Assembly (NCBI GenBank): GCA_963753435.1
Contig: CAVWCF010000001.1
Coordinates: forward strand, 1,636,502-1,700,501
Length of the DNA stretch: 64,000 nucleotides
Direction of reading: 5' to 3'
Source: an uncultured Actinomycetota bacterium
GTDB lineage: Bacteria > Actinomycetota > Actinomycetes > CAVWCF01
Below, in pieces: positions 12,253 to 21,195 of the stretch. The notes beneath the pieces are model-generated. The model had not been told where the DNA came from. It worked only from the letters and a program-made list of their open reading frames with translations, and did no database searches. The position numbers were made by a program, and so were the translations under genes. Each line of letters begins with the position of its first letter. Within the stretch, counting starts at the first letter, position 1.

Positions 12253-12514
12253 CTACTTGTGACGCTTCTTGCTCCCCTTGCCGTCCTTCTTCTTCGCCTT
12301 GGCGTCCTTGTTCTTCTTGTCGTCCTTGTTGCGCGGCTTCAGCTTTCGCTTCTTGTCGCGTTCCTTCTTCTTGCTCTTGGTCTTGCCTGACTTCAGGTTC
12401 GGGTCGAGTTGCGGTGGCAGGGGGATGAGGGCCGCATCCGGTGCGGTCTCCACATCTGCCGCCTTCGGCCACGTGTCGCTGACCACTGTCGGTACCGGGA
12501 CCGCGGCCGACCAC
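12253..12514 (-). CDS. Small Lys-rich basic protein; probable +1 frameshift just after GTG 12514 (alternative in-frame start GTG 12486)
   Basis: AAG-coded KSKKKERDKKRK...KKDGKGSKKRHK tail in the GC3-consistent frame; GGAGG precedes GTG 12514, which is one base out of frame. Confidence 0.55.
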
Positions 12515-12554
12515 TGTCCCTCCGTGTAGCGCAGCGCCGGTTTCGGTTGCGGGT

Positions 12555-13340
12555 TCACGCGGTTCCCCGCAGCAGTGGCCCGGTTGCGCTGCGGTGTTTG
12601 AGGATCCGGTCCAAGTAGTCCTCGAAGACGTCGGATACCTCGCGCGCGCCCTGGGATCGCCAAACCTGGACGGGGACGCACGCCCCGGCGGCCTGCTGAA
12701 CCGCCACCCGTTCCGGGATCGGCGGGGTGAACAGCAGGTGCCCGTGCGCTGCCGTCAACTCGTCCATCCGGTAGCGATGCTCGGTCGCCTGCGCCCGCCA
12801 CCGGTTCACCACGATGCCGCCGGCCTGCAGTCGCAGGTTGTCGGCGCGAGCGGCGTCCACCGCCTCAAGCGCCTGCTGGGCGCCGTGCAGGGAGTACAGG
12901 CTCGGCTCGGTTACGACCAGTGCGAGCGTGCTGGCGGTGAGCGCGTTTCGCGTCAGCGAACCGAGTGACGGTGGGGTGTCGATGAGGACGACGTCGTAGT
13001 CGGTCAGCCCACCCATGGCGATGCGGAGCGATGCCGGCGGCAATGCGGCCGGTCCGGTGAAGTAGTCCAAGGTTCGCGAGCCGACAACGCCGTGGACGTT
13101 GGGCCCCCACTCGCTTGCCGACACCGCCGCTGCCAGTGCCCCGGGCGCCGGGTGCGCCAGCACCTGGGCCGCGGTCGTGAACGCCCGACCCAAATCCAGT
13201 CCGGTCGAGGTGTTCGCCTGTGGGTCGAGGTCGATGACGAGCGTGCGCAGGCCGCGATCCCACGCAGCGCCGGCCAAACCGAGGGTCACAGTGGTCTTGC
13301 CGACGCCGCCCTTGAGACTCAGGACCGACGCCACCAGCAT
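12555..13340 (-). CDS. Orphan ParA/Soj-family ATPase
   Basis: Deviant Walker A KGGVGKTT, DLDPQAN, DTPPSLG. Confidence 0.92.
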   Translation of the reverse strand: MLVASVLSLKGGVGKTTVTLGLAGAAWDRGLRTLVIDLDPQANTSTGLDLGRAFTTAAQVLAHPAPGALAAAVSASEWGPNVHGVVGSRTLDYFTGPAALPPASLRIAMGGLTDYDVVLIDTPPSLGSLTRNALTASTLALVVTEPSLYSLHGAQQALEAVDAARADNLRLQAGGIVVNRWRAQATEHRYRMDELTAAHGHLLFTPPIPERVAVQQAAGACVPVQVWRSQGAREVSDVFEDYLDRILKHRSATGPLLRGTA

Positions 13341-13424
13341 CGAAACAGGGTACGACCGGTAGTCAAGTCGCGCTGTCCGGTTGGCGGAGTCTGAGCGGTG
13401 CCGGTGGGTGCCGACGCTGGCTGG

Positions 13425-14780
13425 CTACGGCCCGGCCACTTCCCGATAGCGCAACAGGGCCTCGTCGCGTTCGGCCGCGTGGTCGACGATGGGCTCCGGG
13501 TACTCAGCAGCAGCCGGGTGCGCCCACGGTTCGTGCACTGCCGGACCGGGAACGCCGCGCAGCTCGGGCACCCACTGGCGCACGTAGTCGCCGTCGGGGT
13601 CGAAGCGCCTTCCTTGCGTCACCGGGTTGAAGACCCGGAAGTAGGGCGCTGCGTCCGTGCCGGTTCCGGCCACCCACTGCCAGCCGTGCTGGTTGCTGGC
13701 CAGATCCCCGTCGATGAGGTTGCGCATGAACCACGCCGCCCCGCGGGTCCACTCCTGGTGCAGGTCCTTGACCAGGAAACTGGCAGTCACCATGCGCACC
13801 CGGTTGTGCATCCAGCCGGTGTGCAGCAACTGCCGCATGCCGGCGTCGACGAACGGGTAGCCGGTGCGACCTTGCGTCCACGCGGTGAACGCGTCATCGG
13901 CTGTCGGTCCCGCGTCGAACCGCATGCCCTGCAACTGGGGGCGCCAGTAGTTGCGGGCGGAGTCGGGGGCGTGCCAGAGCACGTCGGCGTAGAACTCCCG
14001 CCACGCCAGTTCCCGGCGGAACACCTCTGCGCCTTCGGAGTCGTCCAGGTCCGCCAGGAGCGTGCGCGGGTGGATCTCGCCCCAGCGCAACGCCGCGGAC
14101 AGCCGCGAGGTGCCGTCCAGGTCCGGGCGATTGCGGTCCGCGCCGTAGTTGCTGAGCGCCGCATCACGGAACTGGTCCCATCGCTGTCTTGCGGCGGCTT
14201 CGCCCGCGGCCGCGCTTTGGCCTTGGTCAGGAGTCGGCTCGGGGATGGCGTCTCCCGCCGGCGGCGGCAACCAGTCGGCGGTGTCGGCGTCAGTGCTGGC
14301 CGGTGATCGCCACCCGTGGCTGACCCACCCCCGGTAGAACGGGGTCCAGACCCGGTACGGGTCGCCGTCCGGTTTGCGCACCCGGCCGGGTGCGACCGCG
14401 TAGGGCGAACCGGTGCGCAGCAACTCCACGTCGGCATGGCGCAAGGCGTCGGCCGCCTGTTCGTCGCGTCGGCGCCCGTACGGGCCGTAGTCCGCGCTGA
14501 CGTGCACTGTCCGCGCCCCGACCTCTTCGGCTACCGCGGGCACGACCGCGGCCGGGTCGCCCCGGCGGATCAGCAACTTCCCGCCGAGTGAGTCGTTGAG
14601 TGCACGCAGCGACGCCGCCAGTCGGCCGCGGCGCGCCGGGCCTGCCGGCGACCACAGTTTCGGGTCGAGCACGAATAGCCCGAGGACACCATCCGGGCCG
14701 GCTTCGGCGGCTTCGCGTAGCGCTGGGTGGTCGCCCAGGCGTAGGTCACGTCGAAACCAGAGCACCGCGCGGTCAGCCAC
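13425..14780 (-). CDS. phrB: Deoxyribodipyrimidine photolyase (class I CPD)
   Basis: WFRRDLRLGDHPAL, TSRLS, ELAWREFY, GRTGYPFVDAGMRQL, WMHNRVRM; start taken at GTG 14780. Confidence 0.95.
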   Translation of the reverse strand: MADRAVLWFRRDLRLGDHPALREAAEAGPDGVLGLFVLDPKLWSPAGPARRGRLAASLRALNDSLGGKLLIRRGDPAAVVPAVAEEVGARTVHVSADYGPYGRRRDEQAADALRHADVELLRTGSPYAVAPGRVRKPDGDPYRVWTPFYRGWVSHGWRSPASTDADTADWLPPPAGDAIPEPTPDQGQSAAAGEAAARQRWDQFRDAALSNYGADRNRPDLDGTSRLSAALRWGEIHPRTLLADLDDSEGAEVFRRELAWREFYADVLWHAPDSARNYWRPQLQGMRFDAGPTADDAFTAWTQGRTGYPFVDAGMRQLLHTGWMHNRVRMVTASFLVKDLHQEWTRGAAWFMRNLIDGDLASNQHGWQWVAGTGTDAAPYFRVFNPVTQGRRFDPDGDYVRQWVPELRGVPGPAVHEPWAHPAAAEYPEPIVDHAAERDEALLRYREVAGP

Positions 14781-14818
14781 TAGGTAAGAATGTCGCGACC
14801 AGCGGCGGAGGGCGAGGC

Positions 14819-15502
14819 GTGAGCGACCTGATCGACACCACCGAGATGTACCTGCGCACGGTGTTCGAGCTGGAAGAAGAAGGCGTCGTCCCGCTGCGGG
14901 CGCGCATCGCCGAGCGGTTGGAGCAGTCCGGCCCAACGGTCAGCCAGACCGTGGCGCGCATGGAGCGCGACGGGTTGCTCACCGTGGAGGGCGACCGGCA
15001 CCTGGAGTTGTCCCCGGCGGGTCGCGAGATGGCTACGCGCGTCATGCGAAAGCACCGCCTGGCCGAGTGCCTGTTGGTCGACGTCATCGGCTTGCCGTGG
15101 GAGGACGTGCACGCAGAAGCCTGCCGCTGGGAGCACGTCATGAGCGAGGCGGTCGAGCGCCGGATCCTTTCGATGCTTGATCACCCGACCGTGTCGCCCT
15201 TCGGCAACCCGATCCCCGGCCTGGACGAGCTCGGCCAACAGCAGCCGCCGCCGGTAGACGGCGTCGTCGGCCTGTTGGACGTTGCCGGCGATGAGGCGCG
15301 CCGGGTGGTGATCGCCCGCATCGGGGAGCCGTTGCAGGCCGACGCGACCTTGATGGCCTCGTTGAAGCGGGCGGGAGTGCAACCCGGGCAGGTGGCCAAG
15401 GTCAGCCGATCACCCGGAGGAGTGCTGATCGGGTCTGGCGGGGAGTACGCGGAGTTGGGTCCGGACGAGGCCGCATTGGTCTTCGCGACCGTCGTGGGCT
15501 GA
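14819..15502 (+). CDS. ideR: DtxR/IdeR iron-dependent repressor
   Basis: DLIDTTEMYLRT, MRKHRLAE, HAEACRWEHVMS, SPFGNPIPGL, FeoA/SH3-like C-terminus. Confidence 0.93.
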   Translation: MSDLIDTTEMYLRTVFELEEEGVVPLRARIAERLEQSGPTVSQTVARMERDGLLTVEGDRHLELSPAGREMATRVMRKHRLAECLLVDVIGLPWEDVHAEACRWEHVMSEAVERRILSMLDHPTVSPFGNPIPGLDELGQQQPPPVDGVVGLLDVAGDEARRVVIARIGEPLQADATLMASLKRAGVQPGQVAKVSRSPGGVLIGSGGEYAELGPDEAALVFATVVG

Positions 15503-15521
15503 TACCCCCCGGGGGTATGAT
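15502..15521 (+). promoter_or_regulatory. CsoR/RicR/CstR-type operator ATACCCCC-C-GGGGGTAT overlapping a TATGAT -10 element
   Basis: Perfect 8-1-8 palindrome at 15502-15518 with C/G tracts flanked by AT; TATGAT at 15516-15521; directly upstream of the CsoR-family gene. Confidence 0.85.
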
Positions 15522-15567
15522 CAGGGCAGTACCGGTAGACGAATCCGGTCCCGGCCGAGGGGGCGCC

Positions 15568-15837
15568 ATGCAGTTGGAGCCAGAGGTGACCAAGGACGTT
15601 GTCACCCGCTTGCGTCGAGTGCAGGGGCAGATCGCCGGCATCGCGCAAATGCTTGAGGACGGCCGCGACTGCTCTGACATCGTCACCCAGTTCTCCGCCG
15701 CGAGCCGGGCGCTGAGCCGTGCCGGGTTCAAGGTGGTGGCCTCCGGGCTGCGCCAGTGCGTCACCGCCGAGGACGCCGGTGAACCAAGCGACCTGTCCCG
15801 CGAGGACCTCGAACGGCTGTTCCTCTCCCTCGCCTAG
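15568..15837 (+). CDS. CsoR/RcnR-family repressor (C-x-C fingerprint, no His ligand)
   Basis: RLRRVQGQIAGI, RDC.DIVTQ, GLRQC, LERLFLSLA. Confidence 0.9.
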   Translation: MQLEPEVTKDVVTRLRRVQGQIAGIAQMLEDGRDCSDIVTQFSAASRALSRAGFKVVASGLRQCVTAEDAGEPSDLSREDLERLFLSLA

Positions 15838-15846
15838 GCCCACCCA

Positions 15847-15969
15847 CCTTGAATGCGCCTTTCAGGCGAATAGGCCGTTGCTGAGCGGTTCCATCCAACG
15901 AAACGCGCGCATTGCCACTGGGTGAGACGACCCCAGCGCGGTCTAGTGGCCAGAAAGCCGCATTCAAGG
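15847..15969. repeat. MITE/REP-like element with about 31-bp imperfect terminal inverted repeats
   Basis: CCTTGAATGCGCCTTTCAGGCGAATAGGCCG versus reverse complement of the right end CCTTGAATGCGGCTTTCTGGCCACTAGACCG. Confidence 0.65.
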
Positions 15970-17625
15970 GGTTGACAGCGATTGGGTGGTGGCCGCGTCG
16001 GCATCCGCGTCGTAGCCGCCGCGGCCCGCAAGCACCACCACGGCTCCCACCGTTATCGGCACCAGCAACGCCAGGAACGCCACATCCAGCGATCCGGTCA
16101 ACTGCGACACCCCGCCGACCAGGCCCGGCCCCAACGCGCCGCCGAGGATCAGCAGGAACTGCGTAGCCGAGAAGCCCAGCCCACGGATCCGCGCCGGGAT
16201 GACGTCGGCAACCGCCGCCGTCAGGTTGGGCAGCGCGGCGGAGCTGAAGCAGTTGGTGGTGAACAGCAGCAGCACCTGCAGCCAGAAGATCGGCACCAGG
16301 ATCGCGATCGCCAAGTTGATGCCGAAGAGGAACAGCCCAACGCCGCCGAGTTGCAGCCGCCAGTTCGGGCGGACGCGGTGGTAGCGGTCACCCAGCCACG
16401 AACCGATGATCGTTCCGACCAGGATCCCGAAGAACCCGACGCTGCCGGCGATGGCGGCGGCCGCCCCCTCCTCCAAGCCCTGGGTGCGCGACAGGTAGCT
16501 GGGCAGCCAGAAGAACAACCCGGCCGTCCCGAAGAACGTGATCGCCAGCCCGACGACGACGTACCGGTACGTGCGGACCGCCCAGAGTTGGGCGAACACC
16601 TGCCGGATCGACGGTTGCGCCGACTGGGCCGTGGTTGACGATTCAGATGCAGTCGCCGACTCCGCCGGAACTATCGGCGAATCGTCGGCGGTCGCGCCGT
16701 CGGCCAGCGCTCCGATGCGGTCGCCGATGCCACGCGCCGGCTCGCGTAGGCGGCTGACCAGGAAGGCGATCACGACTCCAGGGATGGCCACCGCGAAGAA
16801 CGCCGCCCGCCAGCCGAACGCCTGCGTCAACACGCCGCCGAGCACCACGCCCAGCGGCAGGCCGCCGAAGTACGCGAACTTGTCGATGCCGTAGGCCCGC
16901 ACCCGGGACTTGGGTGGGTAGTAGTCCGCGATGAGGCTGTTGACCAACGGCTGTTCCATCTGGGCGGCGGCTCCCAGCAGCACCCGCATGATCAGCAGGA
17001 ACACGAACGTCGTGGCGATCCCGGAGCCCAGGGTGAGTACCGACCAGGACAGGACCACGAACGCCAGCAGGCGGGTGCGCGTGCGGGTATCCGCCAGTCG
17101 CCCGGCCGGGATCACCAACAGCAGACCGGCCAGGGCGGCGGCAGTTGCCAGCCCGCCCCCGGCGGCGTCGCCGATGCCGAACTCCTCCTGAATTGCCGGT
17201 AGAGCCCCGGCGACGATGTTGGCTTCGATGCGGTCGACCAGGGTCACCAACGCCAGCAGCGCCGCCACGCTCCAGCCGAAGGGTGCGGCCCTCTGCACCG
17301 GTACCGGGACCGGTGACCGTCCGGCGAAGGCGGCCAGCAGCACCGACCCCGGCGGTGCGGCGGGTGGCCGGGCCGGTGGTTCTGGCGTTCCCGGCCCAGG
17401 CTGCCCGTCGGCCGCCGGGGGTACTGGTGGCGGGGCCGGTGGTTCTGGGGTTCCCGGCCCAGGCTGCCCGTCGGCCGCCGGGGGTACTGGTGGCTGGGCC
17501 GGTGGTGCTGGGGGCGGGGGCGCAACGGGACTCGGCGCCGACGCGGGTTGCGCGGGCGGCGCGACCGGAACCTGATCCGGCGGCCGGTGCCGCAGGAATG
17601 ACGGCCCGGGGGTCGGTTGCGACAT
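15964..17625 (-). CDS. MFS transporter (spinster-like) with long Pro-rich N-terminus
   Basis: About 12 TM; DR in TM1, GRLADTRTR motif A, SLIADYYP..R; start taken at ATG 17625. Confidence 0.88.
   Translation of the reverse strand: MSQPTPGPSFLRHRPPDQVPVAPPAQPASAPSPVAPPPPAPPAQPPVPPAADGQPGPGTPEPPAPPPVPPAADGQPGPGTPEPPARPPAAPPGSVLLAAFAGRSPVPVPVQRAAPFGWSVAALLALVTLVDRIEANIVAGALPAIQEEFGIGDAAGGGLATAAALAGLLLVIPAGRLADTRTRTRLLAFVVLSWSVLTLGSGIATTFVFLLIMRVLLGAAAQMEQPLVNSLIADYYPPKSRVRAYGIDKFAYFGGLPLGVVLGGVLTQAFGWRAAFFAVAIPGVVIAFLVSRLREPARGIGDRIGALADGATADDSPIVPAESATASESSTTAQSAQPSIRQVFAQLWAVRTYRYVVVGLAITFFGTAGLFFWLPSYLSRTQGLEEGAAAAIAGSVGFFGILVGTIIGSWLGDRYHRVRPNWRLQLGGVGLFLFGINLAIAILVPIFWLQVLLLFTTNCFSSAALPNLTAAVADVIPARIRGLGFSATQFLLILGGALGPGLVGGVSQLTGSLDVAFLALLVPITVGAVVVLAGRGGYDADADAATTQSLSTP
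17370..17506. repeat. 63-bp tandem repeat (about 2.2 copies) encoding PPVPPAADGQPGPGTPEPPAP
   Basis: GGCCGGTGGT recurs at 17371, 17434 and 17497 with near-identical units. Confidence 0.9.
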
Positions 17626-17693
17626 TGTGCCCTTCGTCGGCGGCCAACTTGGGACCATAGTGACAGCAGGAAGCCAGCTGCGGGAGGAAGGCG

Positions 17694-20339
17694 ATGACCC
17701 ACCCGGCCGTAGCGCCGTCTGAGGTACGCCACCACGGGCTGCCGGCTTCGGAGGTGGTGGTGCTCCTTGGCACCGACCCCGCCGACGGGCTGCGTTCGGA
17801 CGAAGCGCAGGCGCGACTGCAGCGGTTCGGGCCGAACGTCCTGCCCCGACTGCAGCGCGCCGGGCCGTTGCGGCGATTCGCGCGCCAGTTGAACCACCCC
17901 CTCATCTACGTGCTGCTGGTCTCGGCCGCACTCACCGGGTTGCTGGGCGACGGGGTCGCGTCCGCCGTGATCCTCGGCGTGGTCGTTATCAACGCGATCG
18001 TCGGCTACGTACAGGAAAGCCGGGCCAACTCCGCCCTCGATGCCTTGCGGGCGATGACGCCGACGACGACTTCACTGGTCCGCGACGGCACGGTGGTGCA
18101 GCTGAACTCCGAGCGGGTGGTTCCCGGTGATCTGGTCGTGCTGACAGCAGGTGACAAGGTCCCCGCGGACTTGCGCCTGGTGCAGGTGGAGCAACTAGAG
18201 GTGGACGAGTCGGCGCTTACCGGCGAATCGCTGACGGTCGCCAAGCACGCCTTGGCGTTGCCGATCGAGACCGCGTTGGCGGATCGGCTCAACATGGCCT
18301 ACTCCGGAACTCTCATCACGCGCGGCACGGGTCGCGGTGTGGTTGTGACCACGGGCGCCGAAACCGAACTTGGTCGGATCCATCGACTCGTTGGCGAATC
18401 GGAGCCGGTCCCGACCCCCTTGGCGCGCAAACTGGCCACGTTCAGCAAGTGGCTGACCGTCGCCATCGTGATCCTCGGAGCGTTTGCCTTCGGGGTAGGC
18501 GTGTGGCGCGGTGAGCCCATCGTCGACATGGTCACCGCCGGGGTTGCGCTGGCGGTGGGCGCCATCCCGGAGGGTTTGCCGGCGGCGGTCACGATCACGT
18601 TGGCGATCGGTGTGTCCAGGATGGCCCGCCGCAACGCCATCGTCCGCAGCCTGACCGCTGCGGAAACCCTCGGCGGCACCACGGTGATTTGCACCGACAA
18701 GACGGGCACGCTGACCCACAACCGGATGTCGGTGCGGAACATCTGGGTGGACGGTGCGGAGGTTTCGACGCCGGTGCTGCAAGCGTCCGGGGTCACCGCC
18801 CGCCTGCTGCACGCCGCGGCGCTGTGCAGCGACGCCCCCGTGCCGCGGGTGGGTGTCGACCCCGTGGGTGACCCCACCGAGGTCGCCCTGGTGCTGGCGG
18901 CTGAGGAAAGCGGGTTGGACGTGCACGCGCTGCGGGCGGCAGCGCCGCGAACCGACACGTTGCCGTTCGAATCCGGGCGACGACTGATGGCCACTGTGCA
19001 CGACACGCCGTCCGGCTCGGTGTTGTTCGTCAAGGGTGCGTTGGAGGACGTGCTGCGGACCTGTAACCGTGTGGGCACGTCCGGCGGCGACGCACCGCTG
19101 GACGAAGCTGCGGTGCATGCCGCTGCGGACTCAATGGCGGCGCGGGCGTTGCGGGTGCTGGCGGTGGCCGAGGTTGAGACCGAACCGGGCACTTCCGCCG
19201 AGGAAGCGTTGGCGGCGCAGCAGTGCCGACTGCTCGGCTTGCAAGCAATGGCCGACCCACCGCGACAGGACGCGATCGCCGCAGTGGCCTCGTGTCACCG
19301 CGCCGGGATCGACGTGAAGATGGTGACCGGCGACCACGTTCTGACGGCGACCGCGGTGGCGGCCCAGGTCGGTCTGGAAGCCAAACCGGGCGCTGCCAAG
19401 GCGGTAACCGGGGCCCAGCTGGGGGACGCGGCGGTGCTGCCGATCGAAACGATCGACTCCGCAAGCGTGTTCGCGAGGGTGACCGCCGAGCAGAAGCTGC
19501 GGATCGTCGAGTCGCTGCAGCGCGCTGGTTCGGTGGTCGCGGTCACCGGCGACGGCGTCAACGATGCGCCCGCGCTGCGTCAAGCCGACATCGGCGTGGC
19601 CATGGGGCGCAGCGGCACCGACGCGGCCACCGAAGCCGCGGACATGGTGCTGACCGACGACGACTTCGCGACCATCGAAGCGGCCGTTGAGGAAGGGCGG
19701 GGGGTACGCGACAACGTCACCAAGTTCATCACTTGGACACTGCCGACGAACCTGGCCGAAGGCCTGGTCATCCTCACGGCGATCCTGGTTGGCTCGACGC
19801 TGCCGATCCTGCCGGTGCAGATTCTCTGGATCAACATGACCACGGCTGTCGCCTTGGGGCTCATGCTCGCGTTCGAGCCCAAGGAAGCCGGGATCATGGA
19901 CCGGCCACCGCGCGACCCGGACGAACCCATCCTGACGCGCGCGCTGGTGTGGCGGGTCATCCTGGTTTCGGTGCTGACGTTGGCCGCGGCGTTCGGCTTC
20001 TTCGAGTACGCGCTGAGCGCCGGCGCATCAGTTGAGGTTGCGCGCACCATCGCGGTGAACACGTTCGTGGCGATAGAAATCGCGTACCTGTTCAACTGCC
20101 GGTCCCTGGACCGACCGTTGCGGCAGCTGCGGTTCTTCAGCAATCCCGCTGCGCTGTACGGAGTCGCCATCACGATCGCCCTGCAGGCGTTGTTCACCTA
20201 CACCGCGCCGTTCCAGCAACTGTTCGAAACCGCGGCCATCGGGCCGATGGCCTGGTTGGCCATCGGCGCCGCGGCGATCGTCAGTTACCTGGTCGTTTCG
20301 GTGGACAAGTGGGCGGCGCGGCGCAGCAGGCGCTCCTGA
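17694..20339 (+). CDS. P-type cation-transporting ATPase (type IIA, CtpF-like)
   Basis: TGES, IPEGLP, DKTGTLT, KGA, TGD, GDGVNDAPAL, QILWIN. Confidence 0.95.
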   Translation: MTHPAVAPSEVRHHGLPASEVVVLLGTDPADGLRSDEAQARLQRFGPNVLPRLQRAGPLRRFARQLNHPLIYVLLVSAALTGLLGDGVASAVILGVVVINAIVGYVQESRANSALDALRAMTPTTTSLVRDGTVVQLNSERVVPGDLVVLTAGDKVPADLRLVQVEQLEVDESALTGESLTVAKHALALPIETALADRLNMAYSGTLITRGTGRGVVVTTGAETELGRIHRLVGESEPVPTPLARKLATFSKWLTVAIVILGAFAFGVGVWRGEPIVDMVTAGVALAVGAIPEGLPAAVTITLAIGVSRMARRNAIVRSLTAAETLGGTTVICTDKTGTLTHNRMSVRNIWVDGAEVSTPVLQASGVTARLLHAAALCSDAPVPRVGVDPVGDPTEVALVLAAEESGLDVHALRAAAPRTDTLPFESGRRLMATVHDTPSGSVLFVKGALEDVLRTCNRVGTSGGDAPLDEAAVHAAADSMAARALRVLAVAEVETEPGTSAEEALAAQQCRLLGLQAMADPPRQDAIAAVASCHRAGIDVKMVTGDHVLTATAVAAQVGLEAKPGAAKAVTGAQLGDAAVLPIETIDSASVFARVTAEQKLRIVESLQRAGSVVAVTGDGVNDAPALRQADIGVAMGRSGTDAATEAADMVLTDDDFATIEAAVEEGRGVRDNVTKFITWTLPTNLAEGLVILTAILVGSTLPILPVQILWINMTTAVALGLMLAFEPKEAGIMDRPPRDPDEPILTRALVWRVILVSVLTLAAAFGFFEYALSAGASVEVARTIAVNTFVAIEIAYLFNCRSLDRPLRQLRFFSNPAALYGVAITIALQALFTYTAPFQQLFETAAIGPMAWLAIGAAAIVSYLVVSVDKWAARRSRRS

Positions 20340-21082
20340 TGCAGCGTGGCCTCGCTGTCGAGGCACTCCATCAACTCCAGGGCGTTGCCCCACGGATCCC
20401 AGCCGTATCCGACGATCGCATGCCCGCCCGGCATCGTGACTGGCGGCGCATGCCAGGTCATGCCCTTGGCTGACAGCGCGGTGTGAACGACGTCGATTTC
20501 GGTCACGTCGAGGCAGATGTGATTCGCCCCGAGGTCGCAGATGTGCGGTGCGCCGGTGGGGCCCTCGTGCTCGTGCACGGTCACCGGGCCCACCTGCGCC
20601 CACCAGTCGGCGACCGGGTCGGGCGTGACCGCCCGCAGGGCCACATCGGTCAGTTGCAGGAGGACCGGGGATCCGCCGTCGGCGGGAGCTGGTTGTTCCG
20701 TCTCGTGCAGCAGCAGCCGGATGCCCGCGGGGTCCAGCACTGAACCGTCTGGCAGCACCCGCCCGCCGGTGGCGACCGCGGCGTCGCGGACCCGGCTGGC
20801 GTCAGTGACCGCCCAGGTCAGCGGCCCGAAGCCCGGCCCGGTGGCGCGCTCCGGCACCGGCGAATGGAACTGGAACGCCTCCAGGAAGACGTTGCCGGCG
20901 TTGATCACCACCACTTCGGCGGCGGAATCCACCAGCCCCAGTCCGGCGTCGGCGGCCACGTTGCCGCTGGACCAGGCGAATGACGCCGATTGGCTCATAC
21001 CTAGGTGCGTGCAGTAGAAATCGCACACTGAAGTCAGGTCGGGTGCCGAAATCCCGACGTGATTGAGGCCAAGGATTCCCAT
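20285..21082 (-). CDS. Two-module VOC/glyoxalase family protein
   Basis: GLNHVGIS..FY, GANHICL, DPWGNALELME. Confidence 0.8.
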   Translation of the reverse strand: MGILGLNHVGISAPDLTSVCDFYCTHLGMSQSASFAWSSGNVAADAGLGLVDSAAEVVVINAGNVFLEAFQFHSPVPERATGPGFGPLTWAVTDASRVRDAAVATGGRVLPDGSVLDPAGIRLLLHETEQPAPADGGSPVLLQLTDVALRAVTPDPVADWWAQVGPVTVHEHEGPTGAPHICDLGANHICLDVTEIDVVHTALSAKGMTWHAPPVTMPGGHAIVGYGWDPWGNALELMECLDSEATLHQERLLRRAAHLSTETTR

Positions 21083-21094
21083 GCGTCCCACCGT

Positions 21095-21110
21095 AGTGAC
21101 GCACGTCACA
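21095..21110. promoter_or_regulatory. Putative CRP/GlxR site AGTGA-N6-TCACA
   Basis: 9/10 match to TGTGA-N6-TCACA between divergent VOC and rbpA-like genes. Confidence 0.55.
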
Positions 21111-21129
21111 CGGTCGTGACGGACCGGGT

Positions 21130-21155
21130 GGATTAGACGGAGCGAAGCGGGGTAA
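21130..21155 (+). promoter_or_regulatory. Putative SigF/SigB-type promoter GGATT-N15-GGGTAA
   Basis: Motif pair about 40 bp upstream of the rbpA-like start; GGAGG RBS follows. Confidence 0.45.
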
Positions 21156-21195
21156 TCCCGCGTCGAAGGTTCATCCCCTGCAATCGGAGGTTGCT

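Noticed and set aside
12245-12514. 89-aa Gln/Glu-rich ORF starting at the RBS-supported GTG
   Set aside because: Uses A-ending GAA/CAA codons against the genome bias; the AAG Lys frame fits better
17370-17506. Possible CRISPR array
   Set aside because: Tandem coding repeat with no unique spacers; no cas genes or repeat-spacer array seen anywhere in the window
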